Positions 59,867-64,000 of a DNA stretch of 64,000 nucleotides are shown here, piece after piece. Source of the DNA: an uncultured Erysipelotrichaceae bacterium. Its GTDB lineage: Bacteria > Bacillota_I > Bacilli_A > RF39 > UBA660. The DNA lies in the NCBI GenBank assembly GCA_902780395.1, contig CACZFH010000001.1:13762-77761 (forward strand), given 5' to 3'. Within the stretch, counting starts at the first letter, position 1. Each line of letters starts with the position of its first letter. The position numbers were made by a program, and so were the translations under genes. The notes below the pieces were generated by a model, which ran no database searches, was not told the origin of the DNA, and was given only the letters and a program-made list of their open reading frames with translations.

Positions 59867-60192
59867 AAATAAAATTATCTAGTTATTGTGAATCATTAGA
59901 AAAGAAAATAAAAAATAAAGAAGTAAATAAAGAATTGCTAGAAGAAGTCTATACTTGGATATTATTTTTTCAGCATGAAAGATTAGTCCATTTAATTGTA
60001 ACATTTATGACTGCTATGGGAACAATTTTATTCTTATTAGGATTCCTAGCCTTTGAAAATATTGGATTACTATTACTATTCACCATCACTTTATGTTTAT
60101 TTATTTTTTATATATTCCATTATTATTATCTAGAAAATGGAGTACAAAAACTTTATGATTTATATTTTGACATAAAAAAGGTTACAAAATAA
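59863..60192 (+). CDS. small membrane protein
   Basis: 109 aa with two TM helices; overlaps the gmk stop by 4 nt. Confidence 0.45.
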   Translation: MKIKLSSYCESLEKKIKNKEVNKELLEEVYTWILFFQHERLVHLIVTFMTAMGTILFLLGFLAFENIGLLLLFTITLCLFIFYIFHYYYLENGVQKLYDLYFDIKKVTK

Positions 60193-60212
60193 TGTAACCT
60201 TTTTATTTTTTT
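60174..60212. terminator. bidirectional terminator (tmcAL-gmk operon / pyk)
   Basis: GGTTACAAAATAATGTAACC hairpin flanked by an A-tract and a T-tract. Confidence 0.55.
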
Positions 60213-60222
60213 AAACTACAAA

Positions 60223-61626
60223 TTAAACCTCTACAATTCTAATATAATTAGTCATTCTTGTTTTACCTAGTGGAAATCCTCCCGTAACAACAATTAAATC
60301 TCCTTCCTTTAAATGAAATTCTTCTTGAGCAATGTATCTTGCTGCTTCAACCATTTGATCAGTACTATGAAAAATTTCTGTAACAACAGGTTTTACCCCA
60401 AAATTAAGAGCTAATTTTTCAGCAATATGATTAGAAGGACAACATGCCATAATCGTACAATTAGGTCTTAAATTACTAATTTTTCGAGCTGTATAACCAG
60501 TCATAGTAGTAGTAACAATTAATTTAATATCATCATATTCAACAGCATCTACTACTAATTTAGCAATCGTATCAGAAACACCAATTTCTCTTCGATAAGC
60601 GGTATGCTTAGAGTAATCAATTGTTTCTTCTACTGATTCACAAATACGACTCATAAAATCAACTGCCGCCACTGGATATTTTCCAACAGTTGTTTCTCCT
60701 GACAACATAACACAATCTGTACCATCTAATACAGCATTAGCTATATCAGATACTTCTGCTCGAGTAGGTCTAGGATTAGTATACATAGAAGCCAACATTT
60801 CTGTTGCTACTATAGCAAACTTACCATTTTCGCGGCATTTTCTAATTATTTCTTTTTGAATAGTAGGAAGTTTTTCCATAGGAACTTCTACTCCTAAATC
60901 ACCTCTAGCAACCATAATACCATCTGATTCGGCAATAATAGCATCTATATTATCAATTCCCATTTGACTTTCTATTTTTGAAATAATGCGAGCATCACCA
61001 CCACTAGCCTCAATAATAGAACGAACTTCTCGAACATCTTCTGCTGTATTTACAAACGAAAGAGCTAAATAATCACAAGAATGTTGTGATGCATAAATAA
61101 TATCCTCTCTATCTTGTTCACTAATAAATGGTAGATTCAAATGAACCCCTGGAACATTAATTGTTTTATGATTTTTAATCTCTCCATCATTACAAGCTCT
61201 TAATAATACACCATGCTCTTCTTTTTCTATAACCACTAAATCTAATAAAGCATTATCGATTAATACATGATTCCCAACTTGAATAGCATTAATTGCTTCT
61301 GGATGATTAACACTAAATTGGGAAGAATTTCCAACTACAGATTCCTTTACCATCCAAATAGTTTCTCCAGTATTAATCTGAATTCCTTCATTTTCAAATT
61401 CTAAAGTTCTAAATTCAGGTCCCTTTGTATCATACATAATTGCAATGGGCTCTAATGTATTTTTCCTGACTTTACGAACAACATCAATCGTCTTTTCACA
61501 ATCTTCATGTGTTGCATGAGAAAGATTAATACGAGCACAATTCATCCCATGATGTACCATATTTTCCATTACTTCAACCGACTCACAAGCAGGTCCAACA
61601 CTACATATTATTTTTGTCTTTTTCAT
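60223..61626 (-). CDS. pyk: pyruvate kinase
   Basis: Full-length PK motifs (TKIICSVGP, MVARGDLG, GETAKG-like). Confidence 0.95.
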   Translation of the reverse strand: MKKTKIICSVGPACESVEVMENMVHHGMNCARINLSHATHEDCEKTIDVVRKVRKNTLEPIAIMYDTKGPEFRTLEFENEGIQINTGETIWMVKESVVGNSSQFSVNHPEAINAIQVGNHVLIDNALLDLVVIEKEEHGVLLRACNDGEIKNHKTINVPGVHLNLPFISEQDREDIIYASQHSCDYLALSFVNTAEDVREVRSIIEASGGDARIISKIESQMGIDNIDAIIAESDGIMVARGDLGVEVPMEKLPTIQKEIIRKCRENGKFAIVATEMLASMYTNPRPTRAEVSDIANAVLDGTDCVMLSGETTVGKYPVAAVDFMSRICESVEETIDYSKHTAYRREIGVSDTIAKLVVDAVEYDDIKLIVTTTMTGYTARKISNLRPNCTIMACCPSNHIAEKLALNFGVKPVVTEIFHSTDQMVEAARYIAQEEFHLKEGDLIVVTGGFPLGKTRMTNYIRIVEV

Positions 61627-61694
61627 TTAAATCACCAAACCTATCATACAAAACAATTATATAACAAAACCTAAAAAAAAGAATAGTATTTTCA

Positions 61695-62528
61695 CTATTC
61701 TTTTCTTGTTTTCTGACAATTTGGACAATAATAAGTCCCTCTTCCATTAACCTTTATTTTGACAATACTACCACCACATTTAGAACATGATTCATTTTCT
61801 TTGCCATGAACCTTCAATTCCATTTGAAACAAACCATGAACCCCTTCAGATGAAGTAAAACTTCTAATCGTAGTTCCACCTAATTGAATTGCTTTTTCTA
61901 AAACAATCCGCGTATTATCAATAATCTTTTCACATTCTTTCTTGGTAATATTACAAGCTTTTGTTAAAGGTGAAATTCCACTTAGAAACAATATCTCATT
62001 AGCATAAATATTTCCAATACCCGCAATAATACTTTGATCAAGTAACACTGTTTTAATAGGTAATTGCTTAGAATGTATTTTAGAATAAAGATATTGACTA
62101 GTAAGAAGATTATCATTATATTCAAAACCCAATTCATTTAATGGTTTAACATGAAAAGCTTCTTCTTTTAATAATAAATACATCTTCCCAAACTTACGAA
62201 CATCATGATATCTCCATGAAATATTATTATCTAAAATAAATTCAACATGTTCATGTTTATTAATTTCTTCTCCAATATCTCTAAAAGTAAATTTACCTTC
62301 CATTCTCAAATGAATTAATAAATAATAATCATCTAATTCAATTAATATAAACTTTCCTTTTGAATTTACCTTATGAATTGTTTGCAGAAGAATATTATTT
62401 TTAAAATCTTCAACACTTGGTGTAGCAATTATATTATTCCAATAAACATTACACCCAGTAATCTTCTTACCAACAATTTTTTCTTCTAATGCTTTACACA
62501 CCGTTACTACTTCTGGTTTTTCTGGCAT
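61695..62528 (-). CDS. mutM: formamidopyrimidine-DNA glycosylase
   Basis: N-terminal PEKPEV (Pro2/Glu3), H2TH, and C-terminal CSKCGG…CPNCQ zinc finger. Confidence 0.92.
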   Translation of the reverse strand: MPEKPEVVTVCKALEEKIVGKKITGCNVYWNNIIATPSVEDFKNNILLQTIHKVNSKGKFILIELDDYYLLIHLRMEGKFTFRDIGEEINKHEHVEFILDNNISWRYHDVRKFGKMYLLLKEEAFHVKPLNELGFEYNDNLLTSQYLYSKIHSKQLPIKTVLLDQSIIAGIGNIYANEILFLSGISPLTKACNITKKECEKIIDNTRIVLEKAIQLGGTTIRSFTSSEGVHGLFQMELKVHGKENESCSKCGGSIVKIKVNGRGTYYCPNCQKTRKE

Positions 62529-62540
62529 AATACTTCTCCC

Positions 62541-63122
62541 CTATTTTACTTTAGTAGCATAAATGAAAATCTTAACAATACTCTTATCATCATAGTTTTT
62601 ACTTTTTTTCCAAGAAACACCGCCAATTAAACTTTTAGCAACGTTCTTCTTAAATTTAGATTCCACTGACTGATACTTTCCAACTCCACTTACTTCATAT
62701 GGTATATCAGTCCATTCATTATAACTATATTCTTTCCAATTATTTGTTTTTTTCTCTTTTAAAGAAATCAAATAGTCAGAAAAACTTAAAGTTTTACCGT
62801 TATTAGAAAATCTATAATAATACTTACCTTTACCCCTAATATTACCAAGCTCTTTAGTATAAACAATACTATCATCAACTTTTACTTCCATCATAAGAGA
62901 ATACTCATGTTTTAACTGAAAAGAAACGGCATCAGTAAAATAAGTAACATCTTCTGAATTAGAAATATCAGAATTATTAAGTAAAAATTTTACATCATCT
63001 GACAAATCATAATTTTTTATAAATTCTTCATTTAATGATTGATAATACTTAAATCCACAAATACATCCTATAAGAAATAAAACTACAAAGATACAAATTA
63101 CAATAACTTTCTTCTTTTCCAT
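62541..63122 (-). CDS. hypothetical lipoprotein-like protein
   Basis: N-terminal hydrophobic segment with Cys (LFLIGCICG); no recognisable motif. Confidence 0.45.
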   Translation of the reverse strand: MEKKKVIVICIFVVLFLIGCICGFKYYQSLNEEFIKNYDLSDDVKFLLNNSDISNSEDVTYFTDAVSFQLKHEYSLMMEVKVDDSIVYTKELGNIRGKGKYYYRFSNNGKTLSFSDYLISLKEKKTNNWKEYSYNEWTDIPYEVSGVGKYQSVESKFKKNVAKSLIGGVSWKKSKNYDDKSIVKIFIYATKVK

Positions 63123-63183
63123 ATATTATACCTCCAAAAATTAAGTATATTATAATACAATTCACTATAAAAAACAAAGAAAA

Positions 63184-64000
63184 TTATTTAGCCTCATACC
63201 AATTATTACCAATCTCAATATCTACTTTTAAAGGAACATCTAATTTAAAAGTATTCTCCATAATATTTTTAACAATCTTTTTTACTTCCTCTAATTCATC
63301 ATTTAAAACATTAAATACTAATTCATCGTGCACTTGAATAAGCATCTTACTCTTTAAATTTTTCTTTTTAAATTCTTGATATATTTCCACCATTGCCTTT
63401 TTCAAAATATCCGCAGCCGTTCCTTGAATAGGAGTATTTAAAGCCATCCTCTCTCCACTACTTCTAATCATATAATTTTTACTAGATAATTCTTCAATAA
63501 CTCTCTTACGATTCATTAATGTTTTAACATATCCATTTCGATAAGCTAATGCTTTAGCTTCTTCCATATAATCTTGAATTCCAGGATAAGTTTCTAAATA
63601 ATTATCAATAAACTTTTTAGCTGAACTTATATCAATTCCTAAATCTTCTGATAATCCAAACCCACTAATTCCATATAAAATACCAAAGTTAACAGCCTTT
63701 GCATTTCTTCTCATATCCTTAGTAACTTCTTCCATTGGTACATGAAATATATCACTAGCGGTCTTAGCATGAATATCTTTTCCATCAATAAATGCTTGAA
63801 TTAGATTTTTCTCATGAGACATATGTGCAAATATACGAAGTTCTACTTGAGAATAATCACTAGATAATAACACTGAGCCTTCATCTGGTAAAAAAGCTTT
63901 ACGAATCATTTTAGAATAATCATTTCTAGCAGGAATATTTTGTAAATTAGGCTCTATACTAGATAGTCTTCCCGTTCTAGTTAAAGTCTGTGTAAAAATC
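63184..64000 (-). CDS. polA: DNA polymerase I, C-terminal polymerase-domain fragment (gene continues beyond the window end)
   Basis: Motif A DYSQVELRI, motif C QVHDELVF and the C-terminal end of family A polymerases. The ORF-track Met at 63909 is internal. Confidence 0.93.
   Translation of the reverse strand, partial: IFTQTLTRTGRLSSIEPNLQNIPARNDYSKMIRKAFLPDEGSVLLSSDYSQVELRIFAHMSHEKNLIQAFIDGKDIHAKTASDIFHVPMEEVTKDMRRNAKAVNFGILYGISGFGLSEDLGIDISSAKKFIDNYLETYPGIQDYMEEAKALAYRNGYVKTLMNRKRVIEELSSKNYMIRSSGERMALNTPIQGTAADILKKAMVEIYQEFKKKNLKSKMLIQVHDELVFNVLNDELEEVKKIVKNIMENTFKLDVPLKVDIEIGNNWYEAK

Noticed and set aside
1-64000. rRNA, tRNA, tmRNA genes or an intact prophage
   Set aside because: No tRNA-like T-arm/acceptor patterns or rRNA-conserved blocks were recognised by eye. 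No integrase, terminase, capsid or recombinase genes are present. The only mobile-element-like signal is the ftsW 3' duplication.

Overview
AT-rich (~28% GC) low-GC Firmicutes chromosomal window using the standard code (the ftsW gene ends in TGA). It is probably from a spore-forming organism: an intact pro-sigma-K gene, SpoVB-like flippase, SpoVD-like PBP and SpoVE/FtsW-type SEDS gene are present. All but five genes lie on the minus strand. The window holds a fragmented division/cell-wall (dcw) cluster: mraZ-rsmH-ftsL-PBP2B at 32.0-35.9 kb; SpoVD-like PBP-mraY-(ClpX-like)-ftsW at 12.1-18.4 kb; murE at 49.9-51.4 kb; and murG-murB-divIB-ftsA-ftsZ at 52.7-57.9 kb. Accessory material sits between these blocks. 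It also contains rpmF/yceD, a thrS operon with a T-box leader, dnaI, yqeG/yqeH, pyk, mutM, the polA 3' end, gmk and tmcAL. No rRNA, tRNA or CRISPR was seen. The two signals most worth a second look are (1) a ~1.07 kb one-gene insertion carrying an ORF6N/KilA-N protein at the 3' end of ftsW, flanked by a diverged 98-bp duplicate of the ftsW 3' end that still encodes the FtsW C-terminus (a site-specific integration footprint), and (2) a ClpX-family AAA+ unfoldase with a novel ~270-aa N-domain, interrupted by an in-frame TAA and coupled to a small unknown ORF, sitting where murD normally lies between mraY and ftsW. Further observations include a three-copy paralogous family of membrane-anchored beta-domain proteins, orphan (pseudo)pilin genes, a giant acidic tandem-repeat protein coupled to a DUF1292-like gene, and a Spx-like/superoxide-reductase module.
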